Origin: Dehalococcoidia bacterium
GTDB lineage: Bacteria; Chloroflexota; Dehalococcoidia; Bin125
Reading direction: 5' to 3'
Length of the DNA: 64,000 nt
Assembly: GCA_965209205.1 (NCBI GenBank)
Contig: CBDBQC010000004.1
Location: 902,167 to 966,166, forward strand
Part shown: piece by piece, positions 46,629 through 56,354 of the stretch
Position numbering within the stretch: position 1 is the first letter of the stretch
How the letters are laid out: every line of letters begins with the position of its first letter
Notes under the pieces: model-generated
The model's database searches: none
Seen by the model: the letters and a program-made list of their open reading frames with translations, nothing else
Told to the model about the DNA's origin: nothing
Position numbers and translations under genes: made by a program

Positions 46629-47726
46629 ATGCTCGACCGCAGGCGGATCATCGCGCTCCTGCTGCCCGCCGTGATCGTCGCGGGCCTCGCGGCTGCGCCC
46701 TCCCAACCCGCCGCCGCGGCGGCGCCCGGCCTCACGTGCGTCGAGTACCTCGTCGGGGCGCTGCTCTGCTCGACGCCCGACGCCGGCCCCACCGGCCTCC
46801 GCTACACCACCTACGACGCGACCGGCCAAGCGACGACCCCCGGCAGCTACGCCTTCCTCGACGCCGATGGCGCAGTCGTCACGACGTACGAAGGCCTGCG
46901 CGACGGTACGACGACCGGTCTGCGCATCCACCAGTCCGATGGCTACGGGGCCTCACAGGCGGACACGTACTCCAGCGTGGCGGTGGGAAACATCTTCGAG
47001 TGGCGCGAGGCGGGCGACTGCTGGGTGCGCTACGAGGTGGGGGAGGTCAAGACGGACCCGGCGGGGACGGCGCCGCGCAAGGAGTTTGCGGTCGAGTGGC
47101 GGGCCTACGCGTTCACGGGCTGTACGGGCACGATCACGACGGATACTGCGGTCATGGTCACCGCGGATCCCGCGAGCTTCTTCGCTCCCACCATCCGTAG
47201 CCCGGTGCGGTACGGCCCCTTCCAGTTCATCCCCCTCAGCTGGGACGGCGCGCTGGAAGCGGTGACCGAGGTCGCGCGGATGTCCAGCGGGGCGTCGGGT
47301 GTGTCGGGGGACTCGGCGGAGCCCGAGTGGCCGTCAAGTGACCCCGCCACGGTCCGCCAGCACCCACTGTGGAACGAACCGACCCTGCCCGCCGGCTGGA
47401 CAATCAGTTCGATGTCGGCGGAGGAATGGTACGTTGGGGTGCGCTACCTCGACGGTGACGGGTACTGGGCTGCGATTACCTGGATTGCGCGGCGGGACTG
47501 GCAGCCTCGGTCGCTGCATGGTGGATATACCCGTGCACGGGAGGTGCTTCGCACGATCGACGGGCATCCCGCGTACGTGTACGACGACCGGGTAACGGCG
47601 GCCGTGTACATCATCAATGAGATTGTAAGTGTCGAGTACTTCGCCGTGGTGTTTGCGAGCGACAGTGACCCGGAGGGACGGGGCATTGATCATGCCATCG
47701 CCCTGGCCCGGAGCTTGTACCAGTGA
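46629..47726 (+). CDS. hypothetical secreted protein
   Basis: The ATG at 46629 gives MLDRRRIIALLLPAVIVAGLAAAPSQPAAAAAP, a signal-peptide-like N-terminus. The 3' third is visibly AT-richer. No family recognised. Confidence 0.6.
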   Translation: MLDRRRIIALLLPAVIVAGLAAAPSQPAAAAAPGLTCVEYLVGALLCSTPDAGPTGLRYTTYDATGQATTPGSYAFLDADGAVVTTYEGLRDGTTTGLRIHQSDGYGASQADTYSSVAVGNIFEWREAGDCWVRYEVGEVKTDPAGTAPRKEFAVEWRAYAFTGCTGTITTDTAVMVTADPASFFAPTIRSPVRYGPFQFIPLSWDGALEAVTEVARMSSGASGVSGDSAEPEWPSSDPATVRQHPLWNEPTLPAGWTISSMSAEEWYVGVRYLDGDGYWAAITWIARRDWQPRSLHGGYTRAREVLRTIDGHPAYVYDDRVTAAVYIINEIVSVEYFAVVFASDSDPEGRGIDHAIALARSLYQ

Positions 47727-47910
47727 AGAGGCTCGTCCCGGTCGCCACGGCCTAGCCCCCGACGCCCCCCACTTCGCTGCGACCGACCGCCCCGTCACCG
47801 TCGCCGAGGTCGAGCTGACCATCCCCGACGCCGCGGAGTCGGGGACCGGGGCGCTCTTTGATACGATCGCCGCATTCGACCAGCGGCCGGCCGCGGTCAG
47901 GAGGTGGCGC

Positions 47911-49092
47911 ATGCGACGCACGATCTGGCGGGGCATCATCACGGCCGGACTGCTGGCGGCGCTGACGGCCGTCGCCGCGGCCTGCGGCGGCGATCCGGCC
48001 GCGCCCGAGCCGTACCGCATCGGCGTGATGGAGTCGCTGACGGGGCCCGGCGAGACCTACGGCACGGTGGCGGTCCAGTCCAAGACCATGGCCATGGACG
48101 AGATCAACGCCGCCGGCGGCATCGACGGGCGACCGCTGGAGCTGGTCGTCGAGGACTCGAAGTGCGGCGCCCAGGACGCGATCAGCGCCTACCAAAAGCT
48201 GACCGACGTGGAGGGCGTGAGGATCATCCTGGGGACATCGTGCAGCGGCGCGATGCTCGGCGTGGCGCCGCTGGCCGAGGCCGACGGCATCGTCCTGTTC
48301 TCCGGCCTGGCCAGCAACCCCGACATCGCCAACGCCGGCGACTACATCTTCCGCACCCAGATCAGCGACATCGAGGTGGGCCTCACCACGGGCGACACGC
48401 TCTGGGCCGACGGCGTCCGCGCGCTGGCCACCATCACCGAGGAGACCGACTACGCCGAGGGCGTGCGCCGCACCACCGTCGCGCGCTTCGAGGAGAACGG
48501 CGGTCGGGTGGTCGCGGCGGAGCGCTTCGCCTCCGACACGACCGACTTCCGCACCCCGCTGACGAAGCTGTTCGCAGCCGAGCCGGACGCGCTGCACATC
48601 GCGCCGCAGTCCGAGTTCGCGGCGGGCACGATCGTCAAGCAGGCGCGGGAGCTGGGCTACGACGGTCCCATCTACGGCGAGACGATCACCGTCGGCGCCA
48701 CCGCGCTCGACATCGCCGGCGACGCGGCCACCGGGCTCAAGGCCATCACCGCCGCCGCCGACCCCGAGAACGCGAAGGCGCAGGAGGTGCTCGCCAACTT
48801 CCGCGAGCGCTACGACTACATCACGCTGCCCTGGCACCTCGGGTCGGCCTACGACACGGTCTACATCGCGGCCGCCTGCCTCGAACGGATCGGCGACGAC
48901 CAGGACGCCGACGGCTTCCGCGATTGCCTGTACGACATCACCTGGAGCGGCGCCATCGGCGACGACTACCGCTTCGACGCCGACGGGGAGGTCGTGGGGC
49001 TCTCGCGGGCCATCGTCGAGGTGCTGCCGCCGGCCGAGCGCACGGCCGAGAACTTCGGCTACGCCGTCCTGCGCCGCGGCGAGCCCCGGTAG
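47911..49092 (+). CDS. ABC transporter substrate-binding lipoprotein, LivJ/branched-chain amino acid type (orphan)
   Basis: AGGAGG Shine-Dalgarno sequence. Lipobox LTAVAAAC-G. YRIGVMESLTGPGETYG...DEINAAGGIDGRPLELVVEDSKC is present. No adjacent permease or ATPase genes. Confidence 0.85.
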   Translation: MRRTIWRGIITAGLLAALTAVAAACGGDPAAPEPYRIGVMESLTGPGETYGTVAVQSKTMAMDEINAAGGIDGRPLELVVEDSKCGAQDAISAYQKLTDVEGVRIILGTSCSGAMLGVAPLAEADGIVLFSGLASNPDIANAGDYIFRTQISDIEVGLTTGDTLWADGVRALATITEETDYAEGVRRTTVARFEENGGRVVAAERFASDTTDFRTPLTKLFAAEPDALHIAPQSEFAAGTIVKQARELGYDGPIYGETITVGATALDIAGDAATGLKAITAAADPENAKAQEVLANFRERYDYITLPWHLGSAYDTVYIAAACLERIGDDQDADGFRDCLYDITWSGAIGDDYRFDADGEVVGLSRAIVEVLPPAERTAENFGYAVLRRGEPR

Positions 49093-49110
49093 CCGGCGGG
49101 CGGCCGCGGG

Positions 49111-49503
49111 TCAGGGACGGCGCCGGCCGGGCCGCTCGGCGAGGATCAGGCCCAGCAGCGCGCCGGCGAACAGGCCCGCGGCGGAGCCGGCCGCGTCGGC
49201 GATGAGGTCGGCGCGCTCGGGCGATCGGTCCTCGACGAGCAACTGGCCGACCTCGGTGAGCGCGGCGAAGGCCAGCAGCCCGACGAGCAGCCCCAGCAGG
49301 TCGCGCAGGACGCCCCGCTGCGGCCCCGCCCCGCGGTACAGCCCCACCACGCCGCCGAGTCCGGCGAAGAGCAGGAAGTGCCCCGTCTCGTTGCCGACGC
49401 CGCCGGGCCGGATGCCGGGCGTCAGCAGCGCGGCCAGCGTGACCACCAGGATGGCGATCCCGGCCAGCACGGCGAAGCTGCGGACGCGCCGGGGGTCGAG
49501 CAT
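49111..49503 (-). CDS. VanZ-like family membrane protein
   Basis: The ATG at 49503 gives MLDPRRVRSFAVLAGIAILVV...GHFLLFAGLG...TEVGQLLVEDRSPERADLIADAAGSAAG, the VanZ E..Q...R...D motif. Confidence 0.7.
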   Translation of the reverse strand: MLDPRRVRSFAVLAGIAILVVTLAALLTPGIRPGGVGNETGHFLLFAGLGGVVGLYRGAGPQRGVLRDLLGLLVGLLAFAALTEVGQLLVEDRSPERADLIADAAGSAAGLFAGALLGLILAERPGRRRP

Positions 49504-49637
49504 GGCTCCTCCCTCGGTCCATGGTAGGGGGCGCGGCCATCGCGGACGGTGGGGTCGCCACAGCGGACGAGGCCGTTCATTATGAGTACTCGGGGGCTGA
49601 GTGCCGACGTCTGGTCGGCAGGGAGGAGTTGCGGATC

Positions 49638-52600
49638 GTGCAGAATGCCGAAATCGTCCCGGGCGCACGGGTTCGAATGGTCCGGCTTGAGCAGGCGGGG
49701 CACGTTGACCGGATCGAAGGGCGTCGAGCGTTCGTCGTGCTGGACAACGGCGACCGACTTCAAGTCGCAGTCGATTCCGACGGACTCGAGCGTGACGTCT
49801 TCAGCGTAGGGACGCAGGTCTCGCGGACCGATGGCACTACTGGCGTCGTCATTGGTGACGTCCGAGCGGCCGACGTACCGATCTGGCAAGTCGCCTGGGC
49901 GGACGGATCCAGCACGCAAGTGCCTGAGCGCGGGCTTCGCCGCGCCGAGATCGTCGATCCTGTCGCGCGAATGAGAGCGGGCATGCTCGATTCCGCGAAG
50001 GCGTTCAACCTCCGTTCCGTCGCCGCGGACCTGTGGGCCCGCCACCGGTCAGAAGAGCTTGTATCGCTCTCGCACGCGCGCTTCGACCTGATGCCGCATC
50101 AGGTGAGCGTGCTGCATCGAGTCATCGAGAATTGGCCCCATCGATTCCTTCTGTGCGATGAGGTCGGCCTCGGCAAGACGATCGAGGCCGCGATGGTGTT
50201 GAAGGAGCTACGAAGCCGGGGGTCGGCGAAGCGGGTGTTGATCCTCACGCCAGCGAACATCCAGCGACAGTGGCAACGCGAGTTGAAGACGAAGTTCAAC
50301 GAGACGTTCCGGATATTCAACCGGGACACCCTTCGGCACCTCGACAACCAGGGCGTGCCCAACCCGTGGCAGACCGAGCAGTCCGTCATCACTTCCCAGA
50401 GCTTCGCTGCGCACAATCCAACACGCCGGGATGAGATTTCCGCCGTGCCTTGGGACTTAATCGTCGTGGACGAAGCGCACCACGCGCGCCGCCGTCGCGA
50501 AGGGAAACGAACCACGCAGACCAATCTGTATCGGCTCGTCCGCAATCTGACGGCCGAACCCGGCCTCGGTCGGCGCTCCGTCCTATTCCTCACTGCGACG
50601 CCCATGCAGCTGCAACGCCACGAACTGTTCTCGCTTGTCGAGTTGCTGCAGCCGACACTGTTCCCGTCCGAGGAGGACTTCGAACAGCATGTCGGACAGC
50701 GTGCCGAACTAACTCGGCTGATCGCCGAGATTGAGGAGCGCGCTCCCGAGGGAGACAAACTCGAAGCGTACATTCAAGAGGCCTCCCCGTGGTTGAACCG
50801 CAGTTCCCGTTCCGAGCTGCATTCGGCAGACGAACTGGTGGATACGTTGCGGGTCACCCACCCCCTCGGCGAGGTAATGCTTCGAAACCGGCGAGCGGCG
50901 GTAGGCGGATTCGCGCAGCGGCAGGCAAGCCAATGGCATGTTGATCTGACACCCAAGGAACAGTTGGTCCAGGAACAGATGGATTCGATCCTGCGCGATG
51001 GATACCGAGCGGCATCCGAAGGCTCCGGCGGTCAAGCGAACGCTGTTGGCTTCCTGATGGTCATATACCAGAAACTCGCGGCGAGTTCGTCTCGCGCGCT
51101 ACTTCGGTCGCTAGAAGGGAGGCGGGAGCGGCTGTTGGCATCGGAGGCAGCCGACATCGAAGAGTCCGAGGCCGAGGAAAGCCTTACAGATGACGTAACG
51201 GCGAGTGAAGTAACAAGGAAGCTGCCGCCGGGCGTTGAACGCGAAGCAGAGCGGATCGGAGAAGTCATCGACTTGCTCCGCGAGATCCCAATCGACTCCA
51301 AGGCGCAGCGGCTACTCGATGGACTGCGCGAATTGAGCGCGGTTGAGCCTGACATCAAGGTGCTCATCTTCACCGAGTTCCGCGAGACGCAGCAAATGCT
51401 GCGCGAGTTGCTGGCCGCCGAGGAGTGGGGCTGCGAGGTCTTCCACGGTCAACTCGACCCTGCCGAGAAAGACCAGGCAGTAGAGCGATTCCGCGACGGC
51501 GTTGGGCGGCAGGCGCTTGTCGCGACCGAGGCAGGTGGTGAGGGAAGGAACCTGCAGTTCGCTCACATCCTTGTCAACTATGACCTGCCATGGAATCCCA
51601 TGCGAGTCGAACAGCGGATCGGCCGCGTGGACCGGATCGGACAAGAGAAGCCGATTCAGATCTTCAACTTCCGCGTTCGCGACACGATCGAGGAACGCAT
51701 CCTGGAGGTCTTGGACGAACGGATCGGCATCTTCAAGGACACCGTCGGTGGTCTCGAGCCGATACTGGGCGACGCCGAAGATCTCATCCGGGCTGCGTTA
51801 CGGAAGGGAGCCGAGGAGCGCGACGAGGAGTTCGAGAAGGTTGGCCGCCGGTATGAGAGCGAAGTTCAGCGCGCGCGAGAACGCGCGCGACAAGCGGACA
51901 GCGAACTTGCCGACATCAACGTGGATTTGAGCGCATACCGGGAAGAAATCGACAAGCTGCTCGGCAAGGCCAGCGCCACCACTGTGACTCAGCGTGATGT
52001 CGATCGGCTCCTATACAATCTGCTGACTGCCGCCAACGCCCGAGTGACGGCTCCCGGCGACGGCATCCGTTTCCCAGAAGGACAGCGCAGTGTCGAGTTC
52101 AGACCGCCGTTCACGGAGGAGCATCGTGACCTGCTCGACGGACAGGAGCGGCGGCTCGTCTGCTTCGATCCAAGGATCTCCGTGGATTCAGAAACCGTCG
52201 AGTACTTCGGATTCGGTCATCCGATCGTTGACGCGTTGGTGCGCAGCGTGACGCGCGACGATTCGAAAGGGAGCGCCGCGATCCGGTGCCTCGCGCGCGA
52301 TGCAGCGCCCGCGCTCCGCGACGGCTGGCAATTCAACTGGAGACTACGCCTGACGGCTGCCGAGCCCCGCGAGTGGATCTTCCCAGTCTTCGTCGATGAC
52401 GACGGTGGCGCTGATCCAGAGATCGCTGCACTATTGCTCAAGGCATCGCGCCGCTTCGAACGAGAGAGACTAGCTAGTGCGCCCCACCCCGTCATTGACA
52501 GTCAGCGTCTGGATTCGGCGTTTCATTCGGCTCAGGCTTCGGTTCTGAAGCGTCAAGGTGAGCTCGCCAACTACTACAGCGAACAGGCAGAGGCCGACTA

Positions 52601-52886
52601 CGACACAGCGCGCAGCCGCCTAGAGAAGCTCTACGAATACCGCACAACTGCCGCACAAGAACGTCTTGACGCCGATCGGGAGGTCCTGGACAGGATGGAG
52701 GCATCGCCAGAACCCGCACACCAGCAAGCCGTTCCGATGCGGCAGTTCCACGTGCGCCGAGCGGAGGAAGAGATAGGGCAGGTCGGTGAAGATCGACGTC
52801 TCGCGCTCGACGATCTCCTACAGTCCCGCAACCCGAGCATCGAGTACGACTTGCTCAACGTCGCACGCATCCTGGTCGCCGATTAG
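49638..52886 (+). CDS. RapA/HepA-like SNF2-family ATPase (RNA polymerase-associated type)
   Basis: GGGAGGAG Shine-Dalgarno sequence before the GTG at 49638 (the track ORF opens at 49521). Two Tudor/SH3-like N-terminal modules, LMPHQV, LLCDEVGLGKTIEA, VVDEAHHAR, LTATPMQ, ATEAGGEGRNLQ and EQRIGRVDRIGQ are present. Sampled 60-nt blocks give about 53-57% GC, against roughly 70%+ in the flanks. Confidence 0.85.
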   Translation: MQNAEIVPGARVRMVRLEQAGHVDRIEGRRAFVVLDNGDRLQVAVDSDGLERDVFSVGTQVSRTDGTTGVVIGDVRAADVPIWQVAWADGSSTQVPERGLRRAEIVDPVARMRAGMLDSAKAFNLRSVAADLWARHRSEELVSLSHARFDLMPHQVSVLHRVIENWPHRFLLCDEVGLGKTIEAAMVLKELRSRGSAKRVLILTPANIQRQWQRELKTKFNETFRIFNRDTLRHLDNQGVPNPWQTEQSVITSQSFAAHNPTRRDEISAVPWDLIVVDEAHHARRRREGKRTTQTNLYRLVRNLTAEPGLGRRSVLFLTATPMQLQRHELFSLVELLQPTLFPSEEDFEQHVGQRAELTRLIAEIEERAPEGDKLEAYIQEASPWLNRSSRSELHSADELVDTLRVTHPLGEVMLRNRRAAVGGFAQRQASQWHVDLTPKEQLVQEQMDSILRDGYRAASEGSGGQANAVGFLMVIYQKLAASSSRALLRSLEGRRERLLASEAADIEESEAEESLTDDVTASEVTRKLPPGVEREAERIGEVIDLLREIPIDSKAQRLLDGLRELSAVEPDIKVLIFTEFRETQQMLRELLAAEEWGCEVFHGQLDPAEKDQAVERFRDGVGRQALVATEAGGEGRNLQFAHILVNYDLPWNPMRVEQRIGRVDRIGQEKPIQIFNFRVRDTIEERILEVLDERIGIFKDTVGGLEPILGDAEDLIRAALRKGAEERDEEFEKVGRRYESEVQRARERARQADSELADINVDLSAYREEIDKLLGKASATTVTQRDVDRLLYNLLTAANARVTAPGDGIRFPEGQRSVEFRPPFTEEHRDLLDGQERRLVCFDPRISVDSETVEYFGFGHPIVDALVRSVTRDDSKGSAAIRCLARDAAPALRDGWQFNWRLRLTAAEPREWIFPVFVDDDGGADPEIAALLLKASRRFERERLASAPHPVIDSQRLDSAFHSAQASVLKRQGELANYYSEQAEADYDTARSRLEKLYEYRTTAAQERLDADREVLDRMEASPEPAHQQAVPMRQFHVRRAEEEIGQVGEDRRLALDDLLQSRNPSIEYDLLNVARILVAD

Positions 52887-52928
52887 ACCCCGTCGCGCGG
52901 CGCACTCTGGCGGGATTAGGGGGAATCC

Positions 52929-53567
52929 GTGACGACCCCACGCGCCCGCTTCTCCCTGACGGCCGCCTACCGGCACCTGCGGGCGGCCGACCCGCGACTG
53001 GCGGCGCTGATCGACGCGCACGGGCCCTATACGCCGCGGCCCAGCGCCGACCCGTACGGGGCGCTGGTGCGCAACGTCTTCCACCAGCAGTTGGGCGGGG
53101 CGGCGGCCAACGCGATCATGCGCCGCACCTTCGCACTGTTCGGCGACGCCGAGGCGACCCCCGCGCCGGCCGACTTCCTGCAGGCCACCGACGCCGAGTT
53201 GCGCGGGGCGGGGCTCTCGCGGCAGAAGACCTCGTACCTGCGCGACCTCGCCCAGCACGTCGCCGAGGGGCGGCTGTCGTTGGACGGGCTGGACGCGCTC
53301 GACGACGCGGCGGTGACGGCGCAGCTGACGGCGGTGCGCGGCATCGGCGTGTGGACGGCGCACATGTTCCTGATGTTCCACCTGGGCCGCCCCGACGTGC
53401 TGCCGGTCGGCGACCTGGGGGTGCGCAAGGGGATGCAGGCGGTCTACGGGCTGGCCGAGACGCCCGACGCGGAGCGCGCGACGGCCATCGGCGCGCCCTG
53501 GGCGCCCTACCGCAGCGTGGGATCGTGGTACATGTGGCGGGCCGTCGAGACGATCACGCCCGACTGA
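52929..53567 (+). CDS. DNA-3-methyladenine glycosylase II-like (HhH-GPD, AlkA family)
   Basis: LRGAGLSRQKTSYLRDLA, VRGIGVWTAHMFLMF and PVGDLGVRKG are present. Confidence 0.85.
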   Translation: MTTPRARFSLTAAYRHLRAADPRLAALIDAHGPYTPRPSADPYGALVRNVFHQQLGGAAANAIMRRTFALFGDAEATPAPADFLQATDAELRGAGLSRQKTSYLRDLAQHVAEGRLSLDGLDALDDAAVTAQLTAVRGIGVWTAHMFLMFHLGRPDVLPVGDLGVRKGMQAVYGLAETPDAERATAIGAPWAPYRSVGSWYMWRAVETITPD

Positions 53568-53650
53568 GGGGCGCCGGCCGAGGGCGGCGGCGGATAGGCT
53601 GCGCGACATCGCGCCGCGCCGTGCGACGCGCGAGGGGAGGGTCGATCGGG

Positions 53651-54514
53651 ATGAGCGCGCCCGCGCTGTTTCAGCCCCAGCCCGACGACGAGGGCCGCAC
53701 GCTGCTGCTGCCCAATCGCTGCGCGCGCAGCGTGTGGAGCCTCGACCTCGTGCACGGCGCGGCAGTGGCGGCGCTGCTGGCGCGCGGCGTCGAGGGGGCG
53801 CTGCGGCCCGAGCTGCGGGTCGCGCGGCTGACCATCGACCTGATGCGCCCGGCGCCGATGGGGCCGCTGGAGGCGCGCACGACCGTCGTGCGGGAGGGGC
53901 GGCGCATCCAGGTCGTGCAATCGGGGCTGTTCACGGCGCGGGGGGACGCAACGGTCGAGGTGGCGCGGGCGACGGCGCTGGCGCTGCGGCCGTCGGACCT
54001 GCCGACCGGCGAGGCGCTCGACATCGACGCGGCCCGCCCGCCCGACCCGGAGTCGCTGCCGCCACGGCCGGCGAACATGATCGGCGGGGCCGAGGCCTAC
54101 CACTCGACGGTCGAGTGGCGGCCGGTCGGCGAGTGGGGCGCGTCGGGGCGGCCGATGCTGTGGATCCGCAACCCGGCCGATATCGTGCCGGGCGAGCCGC
54201 TGAGTCCGCTGGCGCGGGCGGCGGCGACGGCCGACTCGCTGAGCCCCCTGGCCAACGCCGAGCCGTCGCGGCGGCGCGAGGGCGCGGTGGGATTCATCAA
54301 CGCCGACATCACGCTGTACCTGCATCGCGACCCGGCCGGCGAGTGGCTCTGCGTCGTCGCGACGAGCCGCCACGCGGGCGAGGGCTTCGTCGTCTGCGAC
54401 GGGGCGCTCTACGACCGGCGCGGCCCGCTGGGCCGCATCGCACTGGCCGGCCTGGCGCAGACGCAGCAGCCGCTGGGGCTGGCGCCGCCGCCGGCCGGCG
54501 AGGCGAAGGGCTAG
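53651..54514 (+). CDS. thioesterase-like superfamily protein (double hot-dog)
   Basis: VHGAAVAALLAR...REGRRIQVV...ADITLYLHR pattern. The ATG at 53651 is chosen over the long track ORF. Confidence 0.65.
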   Translation: MSAPALFQPQPDDEGRTLLLPNRCARSVWSLDLVHGAAVAALLARGVEGALRPELRVARLTIDLMRPAPMGPLEARTTVVREGRRIQVVQSGLFTARGDATVEVARATALALRPSDLPTGEALDIDAARPPDPESLPPRPANMIGGAEAYHSTVEWRPVGEWGASGRPMLWIRNPADIVPGEPLSPLARAAATADSLSPLANAEPSRRREGAVGFINADITLYLHRDPAGEWLCVVATSRHAGEGFVVCDGALYDRRGPLGRIALAGLAQTQQPLGLAPPPAGEAKG

Positions 54515-54518
54515 CCCC

Positions 54519-55373
54519 ATGCGCATCCCGATCGGCGACCGGGTGCTCGATTGCACGCGCCGCACGGCGATCATGGGCATCGTCAACGTGGCGACCGACT
54601 CGCCGGTGTCGGGCAGCGTCGTCACCGCGGCGGCGGCGGTCGAGCGGGCGCGCGGGCTTGTCGCCGAGGGAGCGGCGCTGGTCGACGTGGGGGCGCACTC
54701 GACGCGCAGCGGCGGCGAGTCACCCAGCGCGCAGGAGGAGATCGACCGGCTCTGCCCGGTGGTCGAGGCGCTGGCCGACGACGGCGTCCTGGTGTCGGTC
54801 GATACCTGGCGGGGGGCGGTCGCGCGGGCGGCCGTCGCGGCGGGGGCGCACGTCGTCAACGACGTCTCGGCCGGCAGCGACGCCGAGACCGTGCGGGTGG
54901 CGGCCGAGACGGGCGTGCCGCTGGTCGTGATGCACATGCGGGGCCGTCCCAAGCAGCACCGCCGGGCCGACCAGCGCTACGCCGACGTGGGGGCCGAGGT
55001 GCGGGCCTTCCTGGCCGACCGGGCCGACGCGCTGGCCGCGCAGGGGGTGTCGCAGGTCTGGCTCGACCCCGGCTACGAGTTCGCCAAGCCGGCGGCCGAC
55101 AACGTGCGCATGCTGCTCGACACGCCGGCGCTGCTGGAGCTCGGGCGGCCGGTGCTGGTGTCGGCCTCGCGCAAGGGCTTCCTGGCCGAGTTGCTGGGCT
55201 CGCCCAAGCTGCCGTCGGCGGCGGTGCAGTCGGTCGCGGGGCTGGCCGAGGCGACGCTGGCCTTCAACACCCTGGCGGCCTGGCTGGGGGTGCACATCGT
55301 GCGCGTCCACGACATCGCCGCCACGGCCCACGCCCTGCGCGTCGTCGAGGCAGTGCGGTCGGTCGGGGAGTAG
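54519..55373 (+). CDS. folP: dihydropteroate synthase
   Basis: IMGIVNVATDS, VDVGAHSTRSG, SVDTW, VNDVSAG and DPGYEFAK are present. Confidence 0.9.
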   Translation: MRIPIGDRVLDCTRRTAIMGIVNVATDSPVSGSVVTAAAAVERARGLVAEGAALVDVGAHSTRSGGESPSAQEEIDRLCPVVEALADDGVLVSVDTWRGAVARAAVAAGAHVVNDVSAGSDAETVRVAAETGVPLVVMHMRGRPKQHRRADQRYADVGAEVRAFLADRADALAAQGVSQVWLDPGYEFAKPAADNVRMLLDTPALLELGRPVLVSASRKGFLAELLGSPKLPSAAVQSVAGLAEATLAFNTLAAWLGVHIVRVHDIAATAHALRVVEAVRSVGE

Positions 55374-55396
55374 GGGCGTGCTTGACGCCGCTGCGT

Positions 55397-55765
55397 CTAC
55401 GTCGGGCCCGCTCCGCCGCGTCCCTCCGCCTCCGCCAGCAGTGCGCGCAGCAGAGGCATGAGCTCGGGGATGTCGCGGCTGACAATGTCCCAGACCTTCT
55501 GCGGGTGGATGCTGCCGTAGCCGTGCACGACGCGGTTTCGCGTCGCCGTGACATTGGCCCACGGGATCTCAGGGTGAGCCTTCTGGATGCCGCCGGGGAC
55601 ATTATTCGCGGCCTCTCCGAGCACCGTGATGTTCCAGAGGACCGCATCATAGGTAAGCGGCGCAGCGACAAGTTGGTTACGGCTGAGACCGGCCGTGTAG
55701 TCCTCGATCCGCACGCAGCAGTCGATCATGTCGCGCACATAGATGTCCCATCGCCGTTCAGACAT
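55397..55765 (-). CDS. hepT: HepT-like (DUF86) RNase toxin
   Basis: The ATG at 55765 gives MSERRWDIYVRDMID... with the Rx4HxY motif (RNRVVHGY). Confidence 0.8.
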   Translation of the reverse strand: MSERRWDIYVRDMIDCCVRIEDYTAGLSRNQLVAAPLTYDAVLWNITVLGEAANNVPGGIQKAHPEIPWANVTATRNRVVHGYGSIHPQKVWDIVSRDIPELMPLLRALLAEAEGRGGAGPT

Positions 55766-56048
55766 AGACGGCATCCGCCTTGATGTAGGGGCGCAATTCA
55801 ACCCGCACGTCGGCGTCCACCACCAAGTCCACGGAGTGGCCGAACAGCCCCTCCAGGTGCTGGAGCACTTCACCGTACCCCGCCCAGCCGCGGGCGCCGG
55901 GCAGGGAGATGAGGATGTCGATATCGCTGCCGGGACCCGCCTCGTCGCGCGCGGTGGATCCGAAGAGCGCCAAGTCGGCCACGCCGAAGCGGTCGGCCAG
56001 CACCGGCTTGTGCTCGCGCAGCAGCGCCAACGCCTCGTCCCTGCGCAT
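55758..56048 (-). CDS. mntA: MntA-like nucleotidyltransferase antitoxin
   Basis: MRRDEALALLREHKPVLADRFGVADLALFGSTARDEAGPGSDIDILI (GS...DxD motif). It overlaps the hepT start by 8 nt. Confidence 0.8.
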   Translation of the reverse strand: MRRDEALALLREHKPVLADRFGVADLALFGSTARDEAGPGSDIDILISLPGARGWAGYGEVLQHLEGLFGHSVDLVVDADVRVELRPYIKADAVYV

Positions 56049-56165
56049 CGCCTGCCCGGCCCTTCCGTCCTCCGCGCACCAAGTGTACCGCGCGTGCGGC
56101 GTGGGGCGGGATCGAGCGGTCGGGGAGTCGGGGGCGGGGCGCGTGACCCTCCCCCCGCCCGACAC

Positions 56166-56171
56166 TAGACT
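56166..56171 (+). promoter_or_regulatory. putative -10 TAGACT, 6 nt before the ATG (leaderless-type)
   Basis: Sequence reads cacTAGACTccgaccATG. Confidence 0.3.
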
Positions 56172-56177
56172 CCGACC

Positions 56178-56354
56178 ATGGACGACGGCGCGAGCAAGCC
56201 ATGGCCGCAATCCCCGGCGCCGGAGTCGGCGCGCGACCGCCGCAGCCGGCTGCTCGACGAGGTCGTCGGGGAGCTCGCGGCGGACGGCGGCGGGCTGCGC
56301 ATGGCCGACAACCTGCCCCGCGACGCGATCTACAACCGCGATGCGCTTCGTTGA
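56178..56354 (+). CDS. small antitoxin-like protein (VapB-position ORF, 58 aa)
   Basis: Below the track cutoff. Read directly: MDDGASKPWPQSPAPESARDRRSRLLDEVVGELAADGGGLRMADNLPRDAIYNRDALR-stop. Its 3' end overlaps the ATG of the PIN remnant. Confidence 0.4.
   Translation: MDDGASKPWPQSPAPESARDRRSRLLDEVVGELAADGGGLRMADNLPRDAIYNRDALR

Noticed and set aside
49638-52886. Calling the SNF2 protein a DISARM or Zorya defence component.
   Set aside because: No DrmA/B/C/MI or ZorA/B/C-like neighbours. The N-terminal double Tudor-like modules and motif spacing resemble RapA. It is kept only as an open question in the findings.
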